NCBI RefSeq assembly: GCF_009834535.1
Contig: NC_045707.1
Location: 54,686,001 to 54,750,000 of the forward strand
DNA: 64,000 nt
Origin: Camelus ferus
Taxonomy: Eukaryota
Direction: 5' to 3'
This document shows, one piece after another, positions 24,809-37,636 of the stretch. Under the pieces are notes generated by a model. That model did no database searches. It was not told the DNA's origin and saw nothing but the letters and a program-made list of their open reading frames with translations. Both the position numbers and the translations under genes were made by a program. Position 1 is the stretch's first letter. The number at the start of each line of letters is the position of its first letter.

Positions 24809-25348
24809 TATCGGGAAGGAAAAAGAGTTTTCCCTCTACACTTCTAGGTTCTCAGCTGAGACTCCCCCATAATAAAAAACAGACTAACAGGACAAAAACA
24901 AACAAAAGTTTAATAACAGGTATATGTCCTGTAACTATGGGAGATAGCCAGGAAAACTAAGTAACTCTCCAAAATGGCCCAAGCCACCATCTCAAATACA
25001 ACTTCCAGTTAAAGACATAAGAAGATGTTGGGGGTGGGGAGAAGCCAGTTATGGGAGGTCATCAAAGTATAGTAAACAAAGGTATGGCTATTATGCATAT
25101 TTAAGTCCAAGCCTTCTCCACTGACATGTTTCTAGAGATTCAGTCATCTCCCTTTTCCTGGTACAGAGAAGGTGACATCCTAGGCAGTGGAGAGTTTCCT
25201 TATAAATATAAATATCTCCTACAAAAGCATAACTTCTACTCGTTTTTCAGAGCTTTCCCTGCGTCTGCTGTTTCTTAAAACTAATCAGCTCAAGGTAATC
25301 CTTATGCCAAAGAGGCTATTTCAGGGTGTCATATTCTGTTCTTATTCG
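24809..25348 (-). mobile_element. ERV1-class solo LTR (MER4/MER41/LTR39-like group)
   Basis: GGGAAGGAAAAAAGAGTTTTCCCTCTAC... at one end and CAGCTCAAGGTAATCCTTATGCCAAAGAGGCTATTTCAGGGTGTCATATTCTG at the other resemble the antisense ends of this LTR group. Confidence 0.8.
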
Positions 25349-26739
25349 CTTACCAAAAAAAAAATTTAAAAAATTAAGTCAAATGGTTTTCAGATGGTGT
25401 TTTAGTAACTGACCAAAAATTAATTTGAATTGATTGTCTAAAAGATGTAGGGGCAATCTTAGTTAACCCTTACTCTCAGTCCATGGGCAGAAATACTTAG
25501 AAGTAAGCAAATAAAAGCATAAAGATATGAAATCAATACATTAAAGATACAGAAGGCTATTCAAAATCAATTCACTCATTCTCATGAATGACTCATACCA
25601 TTTTTCTATAGAGAAATTGTAAAAGATAGTTTCACCTGTAAAAGGAATAACTCAGAACATGTAGCCTGAAGTAAGGAAAGTTAATGTGATTGGGTAAATA
25701 TATTTGTGCCCAAGCACAATTCAGAGAAGGGCCCATTACAAAATTATATGGGATAAAAAAGAATCCCAATACAACAGAATGAAAGAAAATACAGTAATTT
25801 TGTTTTTTTCTATAAAAAGCCATCCTACTGAGTTAAAATGTTAGCTACCATTTATTGCGAGCTCACTATATGCTGAGTGTTGTTATAGATATTAAATGTT
25901 TAATGTGCATTTTGTGGTTAGTTGTAAACTATGCTGTGAGCCAAGGGGAAATCCAGGAGTTTGAGAAGATGATGGACTATGGCACTATCTGCGGTGAAAT
26001 TCAATAGAAAGGGGCTTTTAAAATGTAACCCTGGTTTGGAATTTTGTATACATTTTTGTGGCAAGTAATGTTTTTAGATCCTTTTTAAGGATTCAACTTC
26101 TAGGGATTCCTGGTAACCTCCAACTTTTTGGCAACAATTAGGTAGCTGTGAGAGCTTTCCATTTGTCTGGAGATAGAGAAATATATTCAAGAACAAAGTC
26201 CTTGCTCAGCTTTGTATTTCAAATTAAACTTCTCCTAAAACCCATAGAATAAGCAATAATCCTGAAAGTTGAGATTGTAATTGTAGAATTGGGACTCTTT
26301 GAAAAAGAAATGTGTGTTGAACTCCAAGTGACTAAGAACCTTAGAGAACCCAGAGTACAGAATTTAATTAATATCACAAATTAGATCAGGAAAAATCATA
26401 AGGTGCTTTAACTAGAGAAAAATGTGATAATTTTTCTACCCCCTCACTCTATGGTTTGAATTTTGAACCAGAGCCTTACGACTCCAAAACACTCCAGAGG
26501 ATATGAATGTAAATCCTCTTTTGGTAATGCTACCCATGGGAGGTACATGGATAAGGGAAGAAATGATCCAAATATCTGTTGTCACTGCCAAGCATCATGG
26601 ACACCATTACTGGGGACTATGAAATAGTCAGGATATCAGAGCATCTGGGAAAATGCTAGTTTTGATACTGTAAATCTTTAGCTCCTTCAGAGAAAAGCCA
26701 CACAGCTGGTATCTAAGGAACTAAAGAAGAGGTTTTCAC

Positions 26740-26915
26740 AGAGTTGCACACTTAATCCTTACAAGTCCTGTGAATTAGGTATACTATTTTTTTTTATCTA
26801 CAATTGAAGAGGTTGATATTTAAAGTGCTGAAGCAATTTTCCCAAGGCTTCAGTCTATGGCAGGACTGGGATTCAGACAAACCTAGATTTTCTGATTCTT
26901 CAGCCCCAATTTTGT
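26740..26915 (-). mobile_element. MIR SINE fragment
   Basis: CTTAATCCTTACAAGTCCTGTGAATTAGGTATACTATT...GAAGCAATTTTCCCAAGG...GGACTGGGATTCAG. Confidence 0.7.
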
Positions 26916-27384
26916 CACCATGGAATATTAACTTTGCCACAACCTAATAAATGAAACTCAGTTCCACACATGGGTAGACAGTGTTTGTGTCCATTGTGAA
27001 AGTTGTTGACACATATTCTTATTTTCAGATGTTGTACTCTGAGCAAATCCCTCTTTTCATCTCCAAAATACAAAGTACCTTGAATTTTTTAAAAGCAAAA
27101 ACGTTTATCTATTTAAAGAGAAAAGAAAAAATGTACTTGAGGTCATATCTGAAGCGAGAACCAGAAAGGAGGTTTCACATTATCCTGTATACTAGGGCAT
27201 AATGTTAAGTAAAAAGACTCCGCTAAGAGACAGCTCTTGATAAACAAACAAACAAGCAAAACAAAAAACTATGCCTTCTTCTGACATAGGGAAGGATTCC
27301 CGTTTAGTTAAAACAAGTTTTGGGGATTGTAAATGTGAGGGCTACCTGTTCATCCAATTGTGTTTCTCCAAAATTGATTTGAAC

Positions 27385-27905
27385 GTGCATTTATTTAATA
27401 AAATATTTATTGAATATATATTATATTCTTCATTTTGTAATAGGTATCAGAAATAAAAAGTTTAATAAGCACTATTCTAGTCCATAAAAAGATAATTGCT
27501 TGTGGAAAAGACAGGCTTATAGCCCATGTCTAAGGATATGCTATTTAACTCATTTGTTTCAAACAAAAACTGTTTATTGATGACATACTTGATATTAGAC
27601 AATGTGCTAGTAGATGTGGTTCCTGTCCTTATGGGCATTTTATGAAGAATAAAGGCACATAAACAGACAAAAACAATGTGTGTGAAGATCTCGGAGAAAG
27701 AAAATGAGGGGTCTATGGAATGTTTGAAGGATATGTCTAACCTGTATCTGAGAATCTCTTCCTAGAAGGAGTTTATCTAAGCTAGAACCAAAGTGTAGGT
27801 AGAAATTCTGGTGGAAGTACTTGCAGAGTCCCAGGTATCAGGAAGATTAAGGACACCTGGGAGAGTATGGCCTGAGGACTACAAAAGAGTTCAGCTAGAC
27901 TGAAA
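27385..27905 (-). mobile_element. Tandem L2 3'-end fragments
   Basis: CATTTATTTAATAAAATATTTATTGAA and CATTTGTTTCAAACAAAAACTGTTTATTGA...GTGGTTCCTGTCCTTATGG. Confidence 0.6.
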
Positions 27906-30900
27906 AATAAGAAACTTCATCTTCCAATTTTGAAATCTCGACTAACAAAAATTCTGGAAAAAACCTATTGTTCTTAATTTACCTTGATCATTTTTTACGA
28001 CGTAACTCAAAGTCATATTAACTGCATTTAAATATAAATCAAAATTCCTCTCTCCTCTTGATCTTCTATGACAATATCAGCTTCAGCAGTGATGACTATG
28101 TTCTTGGTAGTTTTCATTGTTTTGTATCAACAATTTATGTCCTAATTTGTCACTATAGAACTCAAGTTGTAATACATTTCTTTCAAAAAGTTCCAATAGA
28201 ATTTTATTTATTTTTGTTCTATATAATTGATTTATTTTTTTTCAACTGCAAATAGATAAGACTTTTAGGATTTACCTTATAAAAAATAATAAGGTTCATA
28301 TTTACAATTCAGAAAATGAAAAGTGGTTGAAAATATTCTATAATTTCTTGACATTACGACTGGCTCACTTTCAAATTTCTTTCTTCCTGTTATAATCTCA
28401 ACATTTTCAAAGTTAATTTGTATCACTATTTGCATAAGCCCACAGTCTGCTAAAGTTTTTCTCTTTCTGAAGTTCAAAGAGTTCGTTCATCAATTTTCAT
28501 TCCCACTGCCATCAGGGAAGCAATATTATGTATCAGTGAATATGCTTTGCTAAACTTCTATCAATCTTAAACTGCAGAAAATAAGCCTAGTCATCCTTAA
28601 ACTCATGCTGTCAGTCAGAAAATCAGAAAGCAGGATACAAGTAACATATGCTCATAGCACTGTAGAATCCACATTTGGTTGACATGCTGAATGATTCATA
28701 AATGTATCTTTTACCCCCAGAAAAGAAGCAGAATTTGAATGAATTATAAGAGGCCAAAGTGAATCCTAAACGTTCAAGTGATTTCCAGAAATCAGAAAAA
28801 AGAAAATGAATTTTTCATTAAGGGAGATAGTGAATGAAAGTATAGGCAATTTGTTATAAATGGCTTTAGGATAAGCTAGGTAAATTTTACATTAGACATG
28901 AAATATAAATGCTGATTTCTCATGTATGTATATATATTTTTCATTTTTAAAGGGAAAAAGGATATAATCTATGACTCAAGACTGTCTTTACAAAAGCCTT
29001 TTAAAAAAACTGGTTATCAGTTTTAGCCTATTCACAGCTAGAAGGAAACCTTCTGTTTTAATATTAATTGTCAGCATGCTGTATCTGTCTTGTTTTCAAA
29101 TGAATAGTATGTGTTTTAATTATTTATTTTGATTGGCTTTGATTTGGGCATTAACTTGTTGATTGGCTATACAGAGATTTATGACAAATTCTCACAGCAA
29201 CATTTAAACATGATCATTAGAAAGTCAGAGTTTAAAAACAATTTCAGATATTGTCAATATTGTTCTGATATTCATGAGGGTTGAATAATTCCTATAGCTA
29301 TCTGGCATTAAATTTAGGAACTTAGGTTAAAAGTCAGAGTTTTCTTTGTTGTTTGAACTTTTTTTTTTAAATGATTTGATGTGTACACTTTGGGTGTTTG
29401 TTACATTAAATCTCTGGCAATTTATGATTTTTGAAGCTATAGAGATTGTTTTTGCAATAATGTGGCATGGAGACTAACACTGACTTTTTCCTCTGGGAAC
29501 ATATGGAATATATCAAGCAGTTTCATTAAGCTCTTTCTAAAAAAAAATCTGCTTAGTTTCTTTCCTTAACAATTAGTGGTTATCTAATATAATTTATATC
29601 AATCTGTTCATATGACAAAGCACAATATCCTTAAGGGAAGAGTTTTTGTTTTTGATTTTTTGGTATGGCCAGGTAATATGTTATCTGTGGATTCTGAAAG
29701 GATGCCTTGTTAATGAGATCAACATCCTATATGACAACTTATGGATTTTGGGAAGGCAAACTAATGGTGTTGGTGGGTACATGTTAGAAATGGATATCAA
29801 AGTGGCTAGGAGGACTGGTTTGAAGTCACCTTCTTTCATTCAAAGCTTGATCCTACCTGGCTCAAAATATATTCTTAATAAATATTATTTATTTATTTTA
29901 TTAAATATTATAATAAATTCAGCTCATGGGAAGCTAATGCATAATTACAAACTACTGTCACATGGACAAGAAATAACAGATGTCTATAAATATAAAGAAT
30001 TTTTCCACATGGGTAGACTTACAGAGAAACTAGAAGTTTATTTATTTAATTTTTTCTTAGCATGGACTCAGAATAAGGAATGTTATATGATTCAAAGATT
30101 CTGAAAATTTTAGTACAGATTAAAGAAGATTGATTATTTGAAATGCTACTTACATCTGCATTTTAAAAGGTATGGTCTGTCTTTGGGAGACAAAATATCT
30201 GAAATAATTTACTACACTCCCTGAACCAAATTAGTATGTCTCAAATAAATTACCATGCAGGTCAGAAATATTCAAAGTCCAATGGTTAATACTCTCTCCA
30301 AAACAATGCTAATGATCAATATTCAATCTTTCAACATATATTTGCTGAGCACCCTGTGTGACTATATGTAATGCTCAATGATCAGCATATGGCTTTCAAA
30401 ACTTTACTGAGTGAAGAAATAAAGAACTGAAGAAACTGGTCTTATGTTTGGCCTTTTGAGCTATTAAATAAAAATATCTATCAAAACAAAGGATACTTGG
30501 AAAAGAAGGGTAAACAGATCTGTAAGTCTGAAGAATGTTTAGCTTTTATTCTTAGGTGTCTAGAATAAAAGATCTGGCTTTTTATATATATTTTAAAAAA
30601 TCGTCCATAATGATGACTCTAATTGTATCATGAAATTTATGTAAGAATGCATGCCCTACTATAAAATTTCACAGGCTACATTTCTATTTCTCAAATTAAA
30701 TAATACCTGAATATTTTCGGAAGTTTAAAATTAAAACTGAATTTTCTTTTTATTTTTAATATTAAAGAAACATTCCAGATTTTCTTAAACACATCACATT
30801 CTGTTACACATTGAATGATTTCATTAAATAATTTAAAAATATTGATAATATGAGTTCCAACCTTAATAAGGTGACCCAGGTTACCAAAACATCACAAATC

Positions 30901-31068
30901 TAAAATCATTTAAGTATTATAAATGCTTACGAATCTCAGTTTTATTATTTCATTTTAATAGGTTATTAAACAAATAAGCAAACAAAAATGTCTTTATAAA
31001 TAAAATCAAGAGATCATGTCTTCTTCTTTTTTTCCAAATCAACTTTGAACTCTAATTTATTTCTTGTA

Positions 31069-31200
31069 CTGTCAATCACAGCTGTTTTGGGCTTTATGTA
31101 ATTGGTGAAGTAATTACTTTTCATGCTTTTAAATCATGTGTGCATTTTGTAGCTATTAATCAATTTCCTGCTGTGCCCTGAGTTAAATTAAATTATAATA
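31069..31200. promoter_or_regulatory. Candidate developmental enhancer (PBX-MEIS decamer, E-box, homeodomain cores)
   Basis: CTGTCAATCA at 31069-31078 abutting CAGCTG at 31079-31084, with several TAAT/TTTAT cores, inside a repeat-poor block of about 5 kb. Confidence 0.4.
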
Positions 31201-33118
31201 CCATAAGGGACCCTGATATATTTTTCTCCATACTTTAATGAAGCAATCATCATTGTAGAAGCAAGATTTTATTTTTCATACATAGAATATAGAGAACAAC
31301 TGTTTTGCTAGAGCTGACAGATGACATCTACTATCCTTTAGTGCTTACTGTTCTGCAACAGAAAGACTGTGGAATAACATATTAAAAGCAAATGATGTGG
31401 TACAATTGTTTAGTGACTCCAAACAGCAGCATTTGCTTTTTTCTTCTGCAGCTGTCTGCCCCTTACTCTCTCATTTGATGAACATGAATGCAGAGTGAAT
31501 GTAAATACATTTCTGCTGTCTTTTCACTTTCATGGCTACATTGCTTTAGGCAAGCAGTGAATTTAAACCAGTACATCCAGAACTTTTAGGGAATAGCAAG
31601 GTAGATTTCATGCCTCAAAGTAGTTCTAGTTGGAGCCACACCCAAACTTAAACCAACAGACAGAGCTTCATGATAACTAGATAGATAGATCCTAGATGTA
31701 TTATGGAGAAAGATGATTATGCAGGGATCCAATGCATGTAGTTCGAAGTTGGTGCGCAGCTAATTAAGTTATTAATTTATCAGAACTGAGAATTAATAAT
31801 ATTGTGATTAAGTACGCTTAAAAATTAAAAATGCTGAGGTTTGGCATGAAACATAGATCATAACACATAAGCAGGAATGAATTTAAATATCTCAAAATGG
31901 AAAATGCTTGTCACATTTCACTATTAGAATTTCAATACGACTTGCCTAAGATTTCTTGCATTAAACAGAATTTAACCTTCCATTTTGTTTAAAAAATAGG
32001 ATCTTAAAATAAAATGTATATGATTTAATTGCCTAAAATGTTACAGGTAAAGTATAATAGAAAAAGATAAATTTTTACAAGAATTAAAATATACCCATAT
32101 ATTTCTATGTTGAGGTTTTTGGAATGTTTTCTGCTAAATGAATTCTTATAGAGGTATAAAATTAGAGTTATTATGTAAGTATTGCAATTCTGTGTGTTAT
32201 GGAACTATTAAAAGACATTTTCTATGAAGATGTTTATAGCAACTGCACCATAAAGCCAAAGTTATCTTAAAATAGAGAATAGGAATTGAATGAAAAAATA
32301 AAACAGAAGATCAGAGAATAAATGTAGATGTAAAAGCTATAATAAATGAAATAGCACAATTAACGATGCTAAGGAAAACATAATGAGTTAAGGAAATATC
32401 TTCTACTTTTTTCTCTATAATTCTTTTGCTGAAGGAGATGTGGTATTTTTTAAATTTATTTTTAAAATAATGAAACACTTTCTTCTCTTACCAGTTATAC
32501 ACAGTATCGTATCACTTTTTCTTTTTTTAAAAAAAAAATTCTGCCATTTCACACCACAACAATAGAAACAAAATACGTGAAAGTAGGAGAGCAAAACTTC
32601 GAACCTCATTTAAGTACAATTCTTGTGCTCATGAACTGTTTCTAGAGGAGGAGAGAGGGCTGTTAAGGAAGACAGATATCATAGAGGAATGTCAATCACA
32701 TTTAATAGGCAGTGGTGGAAGGTAATCTTCTTCTCCCTATCAGTCTCTAGCAGAGTGGTAGACAGAACTCATTACTGTGCAAATGAACCTGCCAGATGCT
32801 TCAGCCATTTACCTCACTAGAGGTCACAGAGAGTTGACACCAGTTAAGGCTGGTTAAATGTGGCCAGGGAAGGAACAAGAAGACAGAGAAGCTCCATAGG
32901 CTGAAATAAACAGTATCATACTGACAATAACCTTAAGGAAGTTTAAAAAGTCTTTGTGGAATTGGGGGCAGGGGGCTGAGGGGGAAAGGTTGCATCAAAG
33001 TGATTCCTCCCATCATTTAATATACATGAAAAATGTGGATTTAAGTTTTCCTGTATTATGGTAACAAAATGTCAGTTCAGCAGCTTTTAGTCTATAAAGA
33101 CGCATAGGTTCTTAAAAA

Positions 33119-33182
33119 TTCATCTCACTTTCAGTGGGCTACAAGATATTTTAAAAGGTTCATCTCATTTTCAGTGGGCTAC
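33119..33182 (+). repeat. Local direct duplication, 40-bp period
   Basis: TTCATCTCACTTTCAGTGGGCTAC (33119-33142) and TTCATCTCATTTTCAGTGGGCTAC (33159-33182). Confidence 0.9.
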
Positions 33183-33319
33183 TGCTTCTTAATGGGTCAA
33201 TCTTTTGACTTAAAAATACTCAGCACCATCTTCTTAATAATTGTGGTATTACGAATTATTATTTTTAGCCCCACTGTTACTCTCTTCAAGGAGCTCTACT
33301 AAGGATCATCTTGTTTATT

Positions 33320-33470
33320 TTTCAAAGCCATTCAATGAGATAGGCATCATTATCTTTGTTTTACAACTGAGGAAACTGGAACTACAAGAAGATGGAATTT
33401 GCATCAGGTCGTTAACTTAAAATTAGAAAAGTTCTGATCTGGATTCAGGTGGGTATGACTCCAAAGTCCA
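33320..33470 (-). mobile_element. MIR SINE fragment
   Basis: GAGATAGGCATCATTATCTTTGTTTTACAACTGAGGAAACTGG...GGATTCAGG...TGACTCCAAAGTCC. Confidence 0.75.
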
Positions 33471-35824
33471 ACCTACCAGAGTCTAACTATTGTTTTCTTT
33501 TGCTTTTTCACTTCATTTTCAATAATGTGTATATGTAGGTATACTAAAAACATACATACTTAAATATAAAGTATTCTAAAATGCCCCTCCTTAGAAAGCC
33601 AGTTGAAATTCATAAATATAATTGTAAGCATATTTATCACTATAAATAAATATATTGTTGAATAAATAACTTTATAGGTCAATAACCCCAGGGTAATAGC
33701 TTAATATTCAATTTAAGGAAAAGAAAATAAACAGAGAAAATTTAATTCTACTCTCAATAATGGCTAATATATATTTAAATCATTTTCAGGTACTCTCTTC
33801 AGGAATTTGGAGTAGGGGTAATTCTTGCAATAATTATATAAGATAGATACATTTTTTCCCATTATATGGATCATATAATTAAGATTTAGCAGTTAATTTA
33901 CTTGCTCAAATCTAGAATGGTACTAAAAACTAGAGTTTTACATCTAGTTTTACATCTAGCTCAGAATGTCTAATTCTGAGCCACTCCTGTAGCCAGCTTT
34001 CCAAATACAGCAGAAACAAGTATTAAGATTAACATTAGTAAGTAAAAAGACTATATAATATTTTTCCAGGTTTTGTTATGCATTCTAAAATAGCTCTAAT
34101 AATAAATGATCTTGACTAGAACTCACTCAATGAAAATTTGAATATCACTATGTCATGAAAGAATAAGAATAAAAGTATGATGGAGAATAACCAGGAGTTC
34201 CTTTTATTTCTCCAATATCCTCTTTGCTAGTTCTCAATTCAGTCCCATTTCCATGTAGCCCTTTTCCCTAAATCATAGACTTTCTGGCAAAATGGTCAAT
34301 TAAATTCATAGTATTTGAATGTCTCTGACTTTCTTCTCTTTATATCCTCTATTCACAGAACAGAGAAAGTGACATGAAGCCAATAATGGCTCTGATTTCC
34401 TGCTTTAACAAAATATCAGATTTAAAAAAAATATATTTTCAATTGTTTCATTTTAAATAAGAAAATATTTATATAAGAGAACTAGTCAGTTTAAAACTTC
34501 TTAATCATATCCATTGCACAATAAATTCAATGACTATAACTACCTGACTGTGACAAATATACATGTGCAAAACTGCCTTAATTGTCAGATCTTTGCATAT
34601 AACTTAATGTTGGACTGATGTATTTTTTAAAAAGAGAAAAATCATAACATTAACTAACAATTTCTAGCTAACATATTTTCCTAGTGAACTTTCCAGTGTT
34701 TCTCTAGCCATGATTTCAAGTTAACCTTTCAAAGATAAAAGAGCTGAAAATAAACAAATCAATGTGAGAGGAAAACCGGAAAGATTATATCTTTGGAAGG
34801 CAGAGGAAGAAAGAGACTGAGACAGAGACAGAGGGTAAGATCAGAGGTACATTAATCATAACAAATAATCTAGCCCAGAAGGGAACACTGGAAATTAGGA
34901 ACTAGTGATGGGTAAGCCTTTCAAGGTTTAAAGATGGGGTCCAGATAAGAAACTCAACATTCTTGTGATTATCCTAAACTTTCTCATAGAGACTGAAATC
35001 AGATTGGAAATATGAGAACAAGCTTTCTTGTAATATATTGCTCTTTCCAGAGTCAATCCAGCTGGAAATGCATAGAAGCATGAAAATGAAAAAGAAAACA
35101 AACAGAAATAAGCTAACCAAATTTTGAACTATAGGAAAGGTTCATTTGGGTTTGCATAGGCAAAGGTCGTTTTTTTGTTTTTTTTTTTTAATCTGGATTG
35201 ATTGTTCCCTTGTTTCTAATAAGAGCACTTTGTTGTTTTTTGCAAATGAGCCTTCTGGAAATAGTTCATCATGTCTTCACAAAGATCTAGGATTATTATT
35301 TTTACCCTGAGAAAGAGTTTAAAACATGGCAAAAGTGTTGAAGAAAAGGACATGGTTTTGGATTAGGGCATAATGGTTGAAATTGAAAGTAATTAATGAG
35401 AATGTTCTCACAAATGGTGCTGATAGCAAAATGGATGAATTATGCTATAATAGACTCAGGAAACCTTTGAAGGCCAGAAGTCTGACAGAATGATACAAAG
35501 AGATCAATGATGTACAAATTGTAGTATTAGTGCTGATTCAATTTTTCTAAAGAGAAACATTATAATTACAGAGCCAATTATTTCAATCTGTAATAATGCA
35601 CTGAATAAGTGTCTACATATTCATGTCTAAACTTATTTTATGGTTCAGAGAACAAAAAACACAGGTTAAGGAAGCAAAACTGCTGACTATTTTAATTTGA
35701 TGTGAAGAACAAGAGTTTTAGGCTGTGCAAAAGAAAATAACTTTATATATGGCAAGAATCTCTCTCAACTTTAAAAAACCAAACCAAATCAAACCTTTAT
35801 TTTCTCAAAGTCCAAATTTTACAC

Positions 35825-35828
<4 letters not shown>

Positions 35829-35858
<30 letters not shown>
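35829..35858 (+). repeat. (CA)15 microsatellite
   Basis: Perfect dinucleotide run. Confidence 0.97.
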
Positions 35859-35859
<1 letters not shown>

Positions 35860-35860
<1 letters not shown>

Positions 35861-36410
35861 ATGTTTTGTCCTTATTAAGTAAAAGCCAACTTAATGATGC
35901 TTTAACAAGAGATCAGTAGGTTTATGTAACTGAAAAAGCCCAGAGATTAAGGTGGTGGCAGACACGACAAAAGCGGACTCCAGCTCCATTTTTCTCTGAC
36001 TCTTTCAGCGATGCCCTGTTCCCTAGGTTGGCATATCTTACACAGCATAAAGAATGGCTGCTATTCACACCACAGGCTATGAGTTCTTTGGTTCACGTTA
36101 AGAATGAAGTAGAAGATCAACTCTGATCACCAGAAAGTAATGCCAGAATTTGGCCAGGGAATGCTAACTCTTATTTATCGAGGCAACTATGTATTGATTT
36201 CTAAACCAACCTTTCAGCAAAGGGACACGTTTCTGTTGATTGGATGATGCCACTGGAGGCCTATCCATGGAGCTTGGTATGAATTTAATACCATCAAAAT
36301 CATGATGATGAATAAAATTGGAAGAAGGCTGGTTTCCCAAAGGAAAATCTGGAGGCTGTTAAAAAAAAAAAATGGGATAGCTAGTGAAAAGAAAAGCAAT
36401 GACTACTCAA
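35860..36410 (-). mobile_element. Old MaLR solo LTR (MLT1K-like)
   Basis: TTATGTAACTGAAAAAGCCCAG...TGGTTTCCCAAAGGAAAATCTGGAGGCTGTTA resemble antisense MLT1K. Confidence 0.65.
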
Positions 36411-36789
36411 ACAGTAATAAATAGAATGGATGTAGAGATAAAAGTCCTTATGTAAGAAAGACTATAAAATGGGACTCTATATAAAAAAGCTATTTTATTT
36501 CTATGTATAATCATTATTTATTGAATCACTCTAAATTTAAATTTGATGTCTTACACAAGTACTTTATTCTTACAAAAGTTACTTAAATCTGTGTACTGTT
36601 TGCATTATAGGGAAGTCAATATATATGAGGTTATATATCACCATCTCTTAACAATTTGCCTCATTCCTATTTTTTCAGTCCCTATTGCCTAAATCAACTT
36701 CTAAACAACTTCCTCAAGCAAAGCACAATAGTAAAAACAGAAGAGGCAATTAAAGAGATAATTTTACTTCAAAAATATTAATTTACGTC

Positions 36790-36921
36790 TTTTTTTTTTC
36801 ATTTTTTTTGGTGGGGGGGGTAATTAGGTTAATTTTTTTATTTATTGGAGGTATAGGGGACTGAATTCAGGACCTCCAGCATGCTAAGCATGCATTCTAC
36901 CAATTGAGCTATACCCTCCCC
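36790..36921 (-). mobile_element. Vic-1-type camelid tRNA(Ala)-derived SINE
   Basis: Reverse complement reads GGGGAGGGTATAGCTCAATTGGTAGAATGCATGCTTAGCATGCTGGAGGTCCTGAATTCAGTCCCCTATACCTCC, then an A-rich stretch, ACCTAATTACCCCCCCC and poly(A). Confidence 0.9.
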
Positions 36922-37145
36922 TCAATCTTTATTTAAAATACTCAGATGTGTTGTTTTTATTGCATCTATTCAGCATGCTATTTGATGCCATTTTATGCAT
37001 ATTAAATGTTGAAAATATTCCTATATTTTCACAAAAAATAAAATCTAATTTCATCTAAATTTGAACTACTATTTCTAACAAGTTGTAATATTTTATCTTC
37101 TCTATATATACAGCTATTTTTCATTTTTCTTAGTTCCTTTTACTT

Positions 37146-37636
37146 TCATTCATTCATGTATTTAACAACTATTTACAAGTACTTATTATGAACTAGATAG
37201 TCACTTTTCTATTATTGGGGTACAATGATAAAACTAAATAAATTAACTCTCTAGCCTCACTAAATTTATAGACTAATAGAGGGCAGTGAATGATAAATAG
37301 AATGTAGTATCTTTGATGATGATAAAAATTATTGAGAAAAGAAATAAGACAAAGGAGAGAAACAGGGAGGGTAGAGAGGGATGATTTCAATGTTAAATAC
37401 TGTCATCAAGGATACAGTTTAAGAAAAGAAATAATGAATACCCATATTGAGGACATTTGTGTGGATATCAGGTAAAAACAGATTGTAGGCAAAGAAAAAG
37501 CAGGTGTAAAGTCCTTAGGCAGAACATGTCTGGAATTCTTCAGGGACAACAAAGAATAATGTTTGGGTAGAGGGGGATTAAGTTAGAGGGAGAGTTAGTG
37601 GAAAATTAAGTCAGAGAGGAAACGGGAAGTCAGACT
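37146..37636 (-). mobile_element. L2 (L2a-like) 3' region
   Basis: TCATTCATTCATGTATTTAACAACTATTTA terminus followed by an antisense L2 body (GTAGGCAAAGAAAAAGCAGGTGTAAAGTCCTTAGGCAG). Confidence 0.75.

Noticed and set aside
29646..30104. Longest ORF (152 aa) as a CDS
   Set aside because: TTG start, low-complexity AT-rich middle, no recognisable domain and no convincing exon boundaries.
33119..33182. CRISPR-like repeat-spacer-repeat
   Set aside because: Only two units, eukaryotic context and no cas genes: a simple local duplication.
36846..36921. tRNA-Ala gene
   Set aside because: Decayed B box and T-arm, SINE-specific tail and poly(A): it is a SINE head.
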